This document shows, piece by piece, positions 46,461-54,727 of a DNA stretch of 64,000 nucleotides. The stretch covers positions 18,466 through 82,465 of the IMG/VR virus record IMGVR_UViG_3300011962_000024. The stretch is one strand, 5' to 3'. Origin of the DNA: a virus. Its lineage: Duplodnaviria; Caudoviricetes. A program made the translations under genes and the position numbers. How positions within the stretch are numbered: position 1 is the stretch's first letter; every line of letters starts with the position of its first letter. Below the pieces are notes generated by a model, which did no database searches, had not been told where the DNA came from, and was given only the letters and a program-made list of their open reading frames with translations.

Positions 46461-46897
46461 GCAAACAGATTCTTGAGCATAAAGGATTTCAGGGATCGGT
46501 GGAGTTCTCTTTGGAGAACAACATCCTTTTTGGAAGGATACTTCATATAAACGACGTCGTGAGTTATGACGCCGATACGGTTAGCGAAATTTATGAAGCA
46601 TTCAAAGAAGCTGTAGATGACTATATAGAAACATGCGCAGAACTTGGCGTTGAACCTGACAAGCCATATTCAGGAACGTTCAATATAAGAATTGGAAGAA
46701 AACTCCATAGAGATATTGCGCAACAGGCCACCCGCGAAGATAAGAGCATTAATGACTTCGTCAAAGACGCAATAGAATGCCATTTGCACGGACGGCACCA
46801 GCATATTCATCATCACTACCCCGCGCCGGCAGGCTATGAAGCAGATTATTTCATACCGGAGAACGTCAACCGCGTTCCTCTGAGGCTTGTACAATGA
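46457..46897 (+). CDS. hicB: HicB-family antitoxin with C-terminal extension
   Basis: HKGFQGSVEFS...FKEAVDDY, RHH-like YSGTFNIRI, then a ~36-aa tail. Confidence 0.9.
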   Translation: MSKQILEHKGFQGSVEFSLENNILFGRILHINDVVSYDADTVSEIYEAFKEAVDDYIETCAELGVEPDKPYSGTFNIRIGRKLHRDIAQQATREDKSINDFVKDAIECHLHGRHQHIHHHYPAPAGYEADYFIPENVNRVPLRLVQ

Positions 46898-47349
46898 ATC
46901 TTTTCGACCTGCGCCTTATAAGCATTAGGACAATAGAATTAAAAGGACAAGCATTTAACATATCTGCCGAGGATAACGCGGGTTACGCAGGTAGGTTTCA
47001 GGCGGATATATTAGATGACATATCCGGCATTTCGGTGGGTGATACGCTCACAGCTCAATTATCTTTCTTTGCGCGCGATGAAGATGAAGCCGACCCATTT
47101 TTCTCCATTACTGTTTCTGGAGTGTTAGAGATTGTAGGAGAGGCAGCAGTTCCAGAAATCACCGGGGTGCACGGCTCCTTCCAAGTAGCAACTTTCTTGT
47201 TTCCTTATTTAAGAAATACTGCCAAACCGCTACTAGAACAGCTTGGCGCCACCGATGTTGATTTCCCTCTGCACCTCCCGCCGCCCCCGAATGTGGCGCC
47301 TGAAAAGAGCAAAAGACGCAAAACCAAACAAGTGACGCCGCGAACCTAA
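46894..47349 (+). CDS. SecB-like chaperone
   Basis: Acidic 151 aa; ATFLFPYLRNTAKPLLEQLG resembles the SecB ILFPYARE helix; ATGA overlap with hicB. Confidence 0.72.
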   Translation: MNLFDLRLISIRTIELKGQAFNISAEDNAGYAGRFQADILDDISGISVGDTLTAQLSFFARDEDEADPFFSITVSGVLEIVGEAAVPEITGVHGSFQVATFLFPYLRNTAKPLLEQLGATDVDFPLHLPPPPNVAPEKSKRRKTKQVTPRT

Positions 47350-47377
47350 ACGGTTTACTAATGCGCAAGGAAGCGCC

Positions 47378-47887
47378 ATGTACCGCATCACTCTCGCCCT
47401 TCTTCTGCTGTCCTCCCCTGCCCTCGCTGCCAATCTCGAATGCCGCGTCATCGGCGTGGCCGACGGCGACACCCTCACCTGCCTGACCGCCGACAAGAAG
47501 CAGGAGCGCATCCGCCTGCGCGGCATCGATGCACCGGAACGCAAGCAGCCATTCGGAGAGCGATCACGGCAGAGCCTGTCCGACCTGGCGCACGGCAAGC
47601 AGGTGACCATCCACTGGACCAAGCGGGACCGCTGGAAGCGCATCATCGGCGCCGTGTGGGTTGAGCCTACCGATTGCCCTGGCTGCGGTCATACGCTCGA
47701 CGCCGGCCGCGCGCAGCTCGCCTCGGGCATGGCCTGGTGGTTTCAGCGCTACGCCAGCGACCAGCCCCGAGAAGAACGGAACGCCTACGAATTCGAGCAC
47801 ACCGAGGCGCGTGCCCGATCTGTTGGGCTTTGGCCAGATCCCCAACCGGTGCCGCCTTGGGATTGGCGCAGCGGCAAGCGGCCGTAA
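47378..47887 (+). CDS. Exported thermonuclease (SNase family)
   Basis: Signal peptide; VADGDT, RIRLRGIDAPE, DRWKRIIG, GMAW, GLW...PPWDWR. Confidence 0.9.
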   Translation: MYRITLALLLLSSPALAANLECRVIGVADGDTLTCLTADKKQERIRLRGIDAPERKQPFGERSRQSLSDLAHGKQVTIHWTKRDRWKRIIGAVWVEPTDCPGCGHTLDAGRAQLASGMAWWFQRYASDQPREERNAYEFEHTEARARSVGLWPDPQPVPPWDWRSGKRP

Positions 47888-48048
47888 GCCAAGGCGCACA
47901 CGCGGCGGCGAAAATTAGCCATGTTCGCCACAACCGTGTTGACTCATTATGCGTACGCAATGACGCAGGACGCGCACCGGGCCTGGATGGCTGATGGACC
48001 ACCGCGTGGATCGCGGAGCTAGGAGCAACGTTCAGGATGCAGGTTAAT

Positions 48049-48075
48049 AAAAGCCCCGCTTCGGCGGGGCTTTTT
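48049..48075. terminator. Bidirectional intrinsic terminator
   Basis: AAAAGCCCCGC-TTCG-GCGGGGCTTTTT. Confidence 0.88.
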
Positions 48076-48112
48076 GCATCTGATGCAACGTGTGTTGTGC
48101 GGGCCTTACCGG

Positions 48113-48358
48113 CTACTGCGTCTTTATCTGGCCTTCCAATGCACGAAAGTCCTGCCTGAGCCCGGTCGCCAAGGCTGTTATTGCTTGAGAGGATGTCAGC
48201 TGTTCGGAGGAAATACCGGTAACCGTCAAGGTCGGCCAGCGATTGCCCGGGGCTGTTATCTCAACGGTCAATGAGCTATCCGGGTTGAAAGTGCAGCGGC
48301 ACGACAGCGGTAACAAACCTGATTCAATGATATGCCGCAGTTCGAGAGGCGAAACCAT
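48113..48358 (-). CDS. DUF1652-like protein
   Basis: SPLELRHIIESGLLPLSCRCT. Confidence 0.72.
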   Translation of the reverse strand: MVSPLELRHIIESGLLPLSCRCTFNPDSSLTVEITAPGNRWPTLTVTGISSEQLTSSQAITALATGLRQDFRALEGQIKTQ

Positions 48359-48502
48359 GGGGCACCCCCTATGCGTCGGTTGGTGGATTTTTCAGTCTAG
48401 GCCTGAGGAAATGCATTGCAAGACGAGCCGGCGCCTAGCTAGCTACCGGCTGCGCATGGTCCACGTCTCCACTCGCCTGGATGGTGCCCTGGTGCCTGCG
48501 CC

Positions 48503-48814
48503 TTAGAACGGCGCCGCTGCCTCTTCCAGCGGTTCCACCTCCCGGTCCTCAACCACCACGTCCTCTTCGACCCGGCGCTCCCATTCCAGCGTGACGGTGC
48601 CGTCGTCGTTGAACACCATGTTCAGTCCGTCCGTCTCGGCCAGCATCTCCATCACCGAATCCCACGCCTCCTGCGGATCATCGTCGAGACGATGAATCGT
48701 CACCCTCCTCCCCAGCTGCGCAATAGGCGAGTTGATCATCGCTGACACCCGCAGACCTAGCCGCTCCGCCGGGCTCGGCTTCCGAGCCTCCTGCACTCCC
48801 TTCTGCTTCGCCAT
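48503..48814 (-). CDS. DUF1654-like protein
   Basis: AERLGLRVSAMINSPIAQLGRRVTIHRL; start trimmed to MAKQK. Confidence 0.78.
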   Translation of the reverse strand: MAKQKGVQEARKPSPAERLGLRVSAMINSPIAQLGRRVTIHRLDDDPQEAWDSVMEMLAETDGLNMVFNDDGTVTLEWERRVEEDVVVEDREVEPLEEAAAPF

Positions 48815-48828
48815 CTGAACCTCCGAAC

Positions 48829-48848
48829 TACTGGACGTACATACAGTA
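48829..48848. promoter_or_regulatory. LexA (SOS) box
   Basis: TACTGGACGTACATACAGTA, 14 bp upstream of the DUF1654-like start. Confidence 0.82.
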
Positions 48849-48884
48849 TTCGCACCGGCAATAAAGCTCAACCAGAAAAAAGGT

Positions 48885-48947
48885 ATCTCCTTTGGAGACA
48901 AAAATATCTCCATTGGAGTTGACACGAATATTTCCTTGGGAGATAGT
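48885..48947 (+). promoter_or_regulatory. Three operators (OL) and the pL-like early promoter
   Basis: ATCTCCTTTGGAGAC, ATCTCCATTGGAGTT, ATTTCCTTGGGAGAT; TTGACA-17-GATAGT. Confidence 0.85.
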
Positions 48948-49279
48948 TCACCCATCGAAGCGCAACACAGCGCACCGACAGGCCGAAGGGCCTCGGGTAA
49001 CCCCCGGAAGTTCTTTCACAACTCAAGATCAGCGCGGCGGGGTCCCGGCAACGGTACAGCGCGCTCTACAAATTCCCCGCTCCATGCCAGCTCTGGAACT
49101 GGCCGTGGCTCCACATGCAGCCACGCGAAACCATGCAAGCCAGCCGGGAAGATGCCAGACGCTGACCCGGCCAGAGAGACGACTCCGGCGATGAGCATGG
49201 TGGAGAGGAAAGCATCACTGAAGCGCCTGCCAGCGCGGGCGCTTTGGGATGACAACCGAAGCCCAGGAGGGCAAAAGAA

Positions 49280-49564
49280 ATGAGCAAGCGCGACGTACTG
49301 GTAGCACTGACAGCAGCACTCACCGAGCAGCAACCGAAGTTCAAGGTTGGTGACGTAGTCACCTGGAAGGAAGGATTGCGCAACAAGCGCTTGGATGGCG
49401 ACATGGTGGTCACCGAGGTGCTGGATAGCCCAGTACTTGACCCCGTCGAGCAGGCCGGCAGCCCATATTTTCGCGAGCCGCTGAGCATCAAAGTCGCGTA
49501 TCTCGATGGTGATGGCGACCTCATCGAAGCGCATGTGGATGGACGCCGCTTCCGCCTCGCCTGA
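49280..49564 (+). CDS. Hypothetical protein (SH3-like beta fold suspected)
   Basis: FKVGDVVTWK; RBS AGGAGG. Confidence 0.68.
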   Translation: MSKRDVLVALTAALTEQQPKFKVGDVVTWKEGLRNKRLDGDMVVTEVLDSPVLDPVEQAGSPYFREPLSIKVAYLDGDGDLIEAHVDGRRFRLA

Positions 49565-49626
49565 TTCCTCATGCACCTTGGCAACAGGGTGCATTGGGAA
49601 AACAACCGAACCGAAGGACCCCCTAC

Positions 49627-50007
49627 ATGGACACGATCCAGATAGAAGGATGGCAAGGACGCCTTGGCCAGGGCCTCGCCCCTCGCCAGCTGATGGCAGT
49701 CCTCTACGCGGCAAAGGACCTGCGGGCGAAAGAGATCGCCAAGCAGATGAACTGCAGCCCCTCGACGATCAACAAGCAGCTGGAATCGGCTCGGTACAAC
49801 CTGAGCGACCACCCGAATTACATCCGCACGGTGCGCGGGCTGTGCCTTGAGGCCATGCGGCGCGGAATCATCGCCCCGCTGGTGCTGGCCCTGCTGGTTG
49901 GCGGCGGCCAGGTGCAGCAGATGCGCCCGGTTCGCCGGCCAGATGCGCCGCGGGTGCAGACGGTTGTGCGGATTCAGCGGTTGGAAGAGGCGCAGTTGGC
50001 GGCATAG
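49627..50007 (+). CDS. LuxR-type HTH phage regulator
   Basis: LAPRQL...KEIAKQMNCSPSTINKQLESARYNL; start trimmed to MDTIQ. Confidence 0.75.
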   Translation: MDTIQIEGWQGRLGQGLAPRQLMAVLYAAKDLRAKEIAKQMNCSPSTINKQLESARYNLSDHPNYIRTVRGLCLEAMRRGIIAPLVLALLVGGGQVQQMRPVRRPDAPRVQTVVRIQRLEEAQLAA

Positions 50008-50033
50008 CGAATCAACAGACGAGGAAGACGGAA

Positions 50034-50339
50034 ATGGCAATCCAAGCAGCGCAGGTAGAGCGGGACGAGATCGGCCAATGGGCGCACCCGGATTTCCCAG
50101 AGTGGGATGAAGGTACGACACGGGACGAGATCAAGGCGTGGTTCACGTCCAATGGCCTCGAATACAAGATCAATGAGATGGAGCACGAGGTCGACACCGA
50201 CACCGATCCGTTCTTCGAGCAAGGCTGCGGCAGCTTCCTGCACTGGCAGCCAGAGAGGCCAGAGGGTGACGGCTGGTTCGTCCTGTCCATGCATGACAGC
50301 GAGCACGGGCCGGTCTGCATCTGGTCACGTAGCGCCTAA
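50034..50339 (+). CDS. Hypothetical acidic protein
   Basis: RDEIGQWAHPDF...WFVLSMHDSEHGPVCIW. Confidence 0.7.
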   Translation: MAIQAAQVERDEIGQWAHPDFPEWDEGTTRDEIKAWFTSNGLEYKINEMEHEVDTDTDPFFEQGCGSFLHWQPERPEGDGWFVLSMHDSEHGPVCIWSRSA

Positions 50340-50410
50340 CCCCTCCCCGCCCATTCGCAGGAGTGGGCAGCGGGACATAACCAACACCCATCAGCACATA
50401 GGAGGCTGAG

Positions 50411-50671
50411 ATGAGCAAACACACGATCGTGCTCAGGTTTGAAGACTGCGAGGAGCCAGCCTACCACGCAGGGATGGAGGTGCTTGGCGGATCGGTGGAG
50501 GCGGTTCAGTTCAGTGATGCGCTGGACGAGCTGCAGGCCATTGAAGAGCAGCGCGATGAGCTGCTGGAGGCGCTGGAAGCCATGATCGAAGAGTCCGACC
50601 CGATGAAGCTCAACTGCGGTGAGCCTTGGTGTCGAGCTCGCGCCGCCATCACCAAAGCCCGAGGCGAATGA
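50411..50671 (+). CDS. Hypothetical protein
   Basis: RBS AGGAGG; ends ARAAITKARGE. Confidence 0.7.
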   Translation: MSKHTIVLRFEDCEEPAYHAGMEVLGGSVEAVQFSDALDELQAIEEQRDELLEALEAMIEESDPMKLNCGEPWCRARAAITKARGE

Positions 50672-50822
50672 TATACCCCGCGCACGCCGGGCCTTCGGGA
50701 TAGCGCGCCAGGGATAAGCCGGTAGTGCCCTGATTGCGAAAAACACCGGCAGCCATCTACGGGTTTCCACACCTGAAGCGTTACCCAGCCTGGGGGATGG
50801 CCGACTGGCTCACGTTACGAGC

Positions 50823-50984
50823 CTGCATCGGGAAGTGATCTGGCGCGGACCGCAGACTTGATGAGCGGCCGGCGTGAACGGATAGCTTCCATGTAGCGCC
50901 GGTCGGTGCTGGGCTTGATCAACCCGGCGAGAAGACCAGCATGATTTCCCTGTTCGACTCAGGGCAGATCGCTTCCCGATGCAG
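50823..50984 (+). ncRNA. Candidate structured RNA with a tRNA-like T-arm
   Basis: 20-bp closing helix, three internal arms, CCCTG-TTCGACT-CAGGG adjoining the 3' strand. Confidence 0.55.
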
Positions 50985-51146
50985 TGTTGCGCAGGCTTCT
51001 GCGCGGTGTACTAGGTACAACTGGCCAGTGGCAGCAATGCCCTGAAATGAGCCGCCGGATGGCTCCAGTTCCAAGCCGGCAGCCGGATAGCACCGGCCAC
51101 TGCATCCCCTTCCCCAGCCCAGCCGGGCACCCGCGAGGAAAACCCC

Positions 51147-51347
51147 ATGAGACTCACATTCAACGGCTTCGAGCTTCGGCTCGATCCGGTGGTTGATGAC
51201 GGCCAGCTTTTCTTCGGAGTCGAGCAGGTCATCCCTGATGCGCCGTTCGATGCTCGGGAGCTTGGCGAATGGCTGATCAAGAACGCCGGCGCAATCGAGA
51301 TTGCCGCCCGCAGGCAGTACGACGAAGAGACAAGGAGAGCGGCATGA
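51147..51347 (+). CDS. Hypothetical protein
   Basis: 66 aa, ATGA overlap with the next gene. Confidence 0.6.
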   Translation: MRLTFNGFELRLDPVVDDGQLFFGVEQVIPDAPFDARELGEWLIKNAGAIEIAARRQYDEETRRAA

Positions 51348-51643
51348 ATCAAGACATTCAGCGGGCACTGCTGGAGCTGTTCAGCGCGTGCCTGGAAGTG
51401 ACGGGCGCCGGCCGGTACCACGCGCACATGGACTACTCGGCGCACGTCAACTGCGTGACCGTCTACGTGCTGCCGGCGGACACCGATTACCAAGACACCA
51501 GCGCCCGCACATACCTGCTCGACGAAGATGTTTACGTCAGTCGCCACCTGGGCGGAACGGATAAGCAGATCGTGGCGAACCTGGAAGCCCTGGCCGGCCG
51601 GGTCGGCGAGTTCCTTTTGCCGGCACAGGAGGATGCGGCATGA
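51344..51643 (+). CDS. Hypothetical protein
   Basis: Start trimmed to MNQDI after AGGAG. Confidence 0.65.
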   Translation: MNQDIQRALLELFSACLEVTGAGRYHAHMDYSAHVNCVTVYVLPADTDYQDTSARTYLLDEDVYVSRHLGGTDKQIVANLEALAGRVGEFLLPAQEDAA

Positions 51644-51951
51644 GCAAGGAAGCGATGCGTTACCGGCTGGAGCACAACACGCCAGCCCGCGAAGTGCAGC
51701 CTGGACGCGATATCAACATCCTGCGCGGGACGGTCATGGTTACCGAGGCGGATCACGGCAGGGTGATAGACGCCCTTCTCGCTGAGCGGGATGCGCTGAA
51801 GAAGGATGCCGAGCGGCTGGATCGATTGGACCTCGAACGCGAAGCCTATGGCTTCGAAGGTATCCATGAGGGTAACCGCTGGATGATAGATGGTCCGTAC
51901 AACACTGTGCGCGATGCCATCGACGCCGCCCTGCAAGGAGAGCAGCCATGA
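51640..51951 (+). CDS. Hypothetical protein
   Basis: Coupled overlaps; ends VRDAIDAALQGEQP. Confidence 0.65.
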   Translation: MSKEAMRYRLEHNTPAREVQPGRDINILRGTVMVTEADHGRVIDALLAERDALKKDAERLDRLDLEREAYGFEGIHEGNRWMIDGPYNTVRDAIDAALQGEQP

Positions 51952-52142
51952 CCACAACCCCACTCGTTAAATCGCTCATCGATGAGCAACTCGAAGAAGT
52001 CATCACCCGCTTTCAGGCCTGCAACGTCGGGAACATGTGGCACATCCATGACCGGGTCACCGGCAAGACGGCGGGGTTTTGCGTCAGTCATCGGGCGGCG
52101 CTGATCAGGGCTCAACAACTGGAGGTGATGCATGGGCGTTGA
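51948..52142 (+). CDS. Hypothetical protein
   Basis: PLVKSLIDEQLEE; coupled overlaps. Confidence 0.6.
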   Translation: MTTTPLVKSLIDEQLEEVITRFQACNVGNMWHIHDRVTGKTAGFCVSHRAALIRAQQLEVMHGR

Positions 52143-52710
52143 GGTTGATTGGAGCAAGGCGCCGGAGGGGGCGACGCATTACGCGCCAAAGCGCGAGGAA
52201 AGCTGCTTCTACCGCGCAGTGTTCTGGCGCGTGAAAGCGGGTCGCGGAGTGGAAGCTTGGTCTATCAATGATGATGGAAGCCTTCAGCACTACGACAGGC
52301 CGGCATGGATTGGTTCCGATATCAACAGGCTGATCCCGCGCCCGACCGCATGGACTGGCGGAGGCCTGCCGCCAGTTGGGACGGTTTGCGAGGTGCTGAA
52401 CAGCGCGCTAGACCGCCCGGAGTGGGAGCGCTGTACGATCCTGTTCATGGGTAAGTTCAAGGCGGTTTACGAAAGCGAGTCATGCCATGAGCGTGTCGCG
52501 GACGTATCGGAGGACTGGATGATCAGCTTCCGCCCCCTCCGCACCCCCGAACAGATCGCTGCCGAGGAGCGCCTTCACGAAGTGCGCAATGCCTGCACGT
52601 CCATTGCGGATACGCTGGACGGCCTTCGCGGCAAGACCAAGATCGAGCGAGCGGCACTGAGCGTTGTTGAGGCGATGATCGCTGTCGGCTACCGAAAGGT
52701 GACGCCATGA
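52132..52710 (+). CDS. Hypothetical phage protein
   Basis: DWSKAPEGATHY, GLPPVGTVCE, FRPLRTPEQIAAEER. Confidence 0.72.
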   Translation: MGVEVDWSKAPEGATHYAPKREESCFYRAVFWRVKAGRGVEAWSINDDGSLQHYDRPAWIGSDINRLIPRPTAWTGGGLPPVGTVCEVLNSALDRPEWERCTILFMGKFKAVYESESCHERVADVSEDWMISFRPLRTPEQIAAEERLHEVRNACTSIADTLDGLRGKTKIERAALSVVEAMIAVGYRKVTP

Positions 52711-52832
52711 ACCACCCCGAAAACCGCCACTCCTTCGCCGCCGCCTGGCTCGCGATGTTCGCATTCGGCGCTCTGGCTCTGTTCGGCCTCGCTATCGCTG
52801 CAATGTGGATGGTTGAACGCCTGTTCGCCTGA
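52707..52832 (+). CDS. Small membrane peptide (41 aa)
   Basis: Hand translation with a single TM helix; ATGA overlap. Confidence 0.45.
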   Translation: MNHPENRHSFAAAWLAMFAFGALALFGLAIAAMWMVERLFA

Positions 52833-52887
52833 TCCGCCCTTTCCTTTCAATTCAAACCGCTGCGCTTGGCGCGGCAAGGGATTCTCT

Positions 52888-53958
52888 ATGTCCACGGAAA
52901 GCCAACTGATCGCCCTGGAAGATATCAGCGCGGACAAAGCGCCGGCCATCTACGGCCACAACAAGCTGGCGGCATACGTCGCACTGGCTCGGGAACAGGC
53001 CGCGAATGAAGTGCCCGACCTGACCACGCGCAAGGGTCGCGAGCGCATCGCCTCGCTGGCCGCCCAGGTCAGCCGCAGCAAGACCGCCGTCGAGAAGCCG
53101 GGCCGCGACTACCTTCGCCGCATCAAGGAGATGCCCAAGGCCATTGAGGCAGAGCTGCGCGAGTTCGTGCAGGAGATGGACAAGCTGCGCGATGAGGTGC
53201 GGGCGCCGCTGAACGAGTGGGAGGCAGCTGAAGAGCGGCGCAAGGCCAAGCATGAGCACGGCATCGAGCGCATGAAGGCGCTTGCCGCGTTTTTGGACCA
53301 AGCAGATAGCGCCACGATCAGCTCGCAGATGGCCGAGCTTGAAGAGATCGTCATTGACGATGGCTGGGAGGAATTTGAAGCAGAGGCGCACCGGGTCAAG
53401 GCAGCATCGCTCACAGCCTTACAGCTGGCCCTGACCAAGCGTCAGCAGTACGAAGCCGAGCAAGCCGAACTTGAGCGCCTCCGCGCCGAAGCCGCCCAGC
53501 GCGAGCAGAAGGAGCGCGAGGAGCGCATTGCCCGTGAAGCCGCTGAGCAGGCCCGCCTTGAGGCTGAGCAGCGGGCCAAGGCAGAGCGTGACGCCGCAGC
53601 CAAGCGCGAAGCAGACGCCAAGGCCGCTGCCGAGCAGCGTGAGCTTCAGCTGAAGCTGGAAGCCGAGCAGTCAGCCCGTCGTGAGCTGGAAGCCCAGCAG
53701 CGCGCCGAGCAGGCCGAACGCGAAGCCGAAGCCCGCGCTGAGCGCGCAGCGGCAGCCGAACGCCAGCGCCAGGCCGACGAGCAAGCGCGCATCGAGGCGG
53801 AAGCCAAGGCCCGCGAGAAGGACAAGGCGCACAAGAAGCAGATCAACAACGAAGCCCTGGCGGCATTCATCGCCGGCGGCATGCCCGAGGAATGTGCGAA
53901 GCAGGCGATCACCCTGATTGCCCAGCGCAAGATCCCGCACATCAGCATCAGCTACTGA
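52888..53958 (+). CDS. Coiled-coil phage recombination-module protein
   Basis: VPDLTTRKGRERIASLA, long E/A/R/Q coiled coil; start trimmed to MSTES. Confidence 0.75.
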   Translation: MSTESQLIALEDISADKAPAIYGHNKLAAYVALAREQAANEVPDLTTRKGRERIASLAAQVSRSKTAVEKPGRDYLRRIKEMPKAIEAELREFVQEMDKLRDEVRAPLNEWEAAEERRKAKHEHGIERMKALAAFLDQADSATISSQMAELEEIVIDDGWEEFEAEAHRVKAASLTALQLALTKRQQYEAEQAELERLRAEAAQREQKEREERIAREAAEQARLEAEQRAKAERDAAAKREADAKAAAEQRELQLKLEAEQSARRELEAQQRAEQAEREAEARAERAAAAERQRQADEQARIEAEAKAREKDKAHKKQINNEALAAFIAGGMPEECAKQAITLIAQRKIPHISISY

Positions 53959-53965
53959 GGTTTAC

Positions 53966-54727
53966 ATGAACGAGCTCGCTCAACGCCAAGAGTCGCATCA
54001 GGTTGTCAATGTCAGCGAGTCGGCAACCATCCTTCAGGTTATCCAGCGCGCTGCGGCTGACCCGCAGTGCGACATCGAGAAGATGGAGCGCCTGATGGCC
54101 ATGCATGAACGCATGCAAGCCAAGAATGCCGAGCAGTCATTCAACTCAGCAATGGCGCAGATGCAGTGCGAAATACCTACCGTATTCGAGGGCGCCGTCA
54201 ATCTGCACACGGGGAACTCATACGCCACCCTGGATGACATCACTCGAACCCTAAAGCCGATTATGCAGCGCTTCGGGTTCGCCCTGACTTTCAAGGTAGA
54301 AAACGCCGAGAAAGCCATCAGCGTGACGGGCATTCTCATGCACCGCGACGGACACCGCGAGCAGACGACCATGACGCTGCCCGCTGATGTCGGCAAAGGT
54401 CGCAATGAGGTTCAGGCGGTCGGTTCTTCCACTACCTATGGGAAACGCTACGTGATGTGCGCCCTGCTCAACATCACTACCGGGGAGACGCGTGACGACG
54501 ACGCACAATCAGCGGACGGATCTGACACGGACGACATGCGCGCCCAGGTGGTGCAGGACATTCTGGAGCGAGTTGGCCAGGCGAAGAGCAAGGACGAGCT
54601 TGGCTCCATATGGAAAGCCGCGGTTGGCGTGCTGCGCGCGTCAGGCGACTCCGAAGGCTACGAGACGGTCAAGGCGGCTGCCGCCGAGAAAGGGAAAAAA
54701 CTGGAGGCGTCCAATGCGGATCATTAA
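53966..54727 (+). CDS. erf: ERF-family single-strand annealing protein
   Basis: YATLDDI, QAVGSSTTYGKRY...DDDA; start trimmed to MNELA. Confidence 0.88.
   Translation: MNELAQRQESHQVVNVSESATILQVIQRAAADPQCDIEKMERLMAMHERMQAKNAEQSFNSAMAQMQCEIPTVFEGAVNLHTGNSYATLDDITRTLKPIMQRFGFALTFKVENAEKAISVTGILMHRDGHREQTTMTLPADVGKGRNEVQAVGSSTTYGKRYVMCALLNITTGETRDDDAQSADGSDTDDMRAQVVQDILERVGQAKSKDELGSIWKAAVGVLRASGDSEGYETVKAAAAEKGKKLEASNADH

Noticed and set aside
49066-50121. 351-aa minus-strand ORF
   Set aside because: Antisense to pL-driven genes and the structured leader; Arg/Pro-rich shadow composition.
50855-50885. Hammerhead ribozyme core (TTGATGAG...TGAAC)
   Set aside because: Lacks exact CUGAUGA and GAAA and a convincing stem II.
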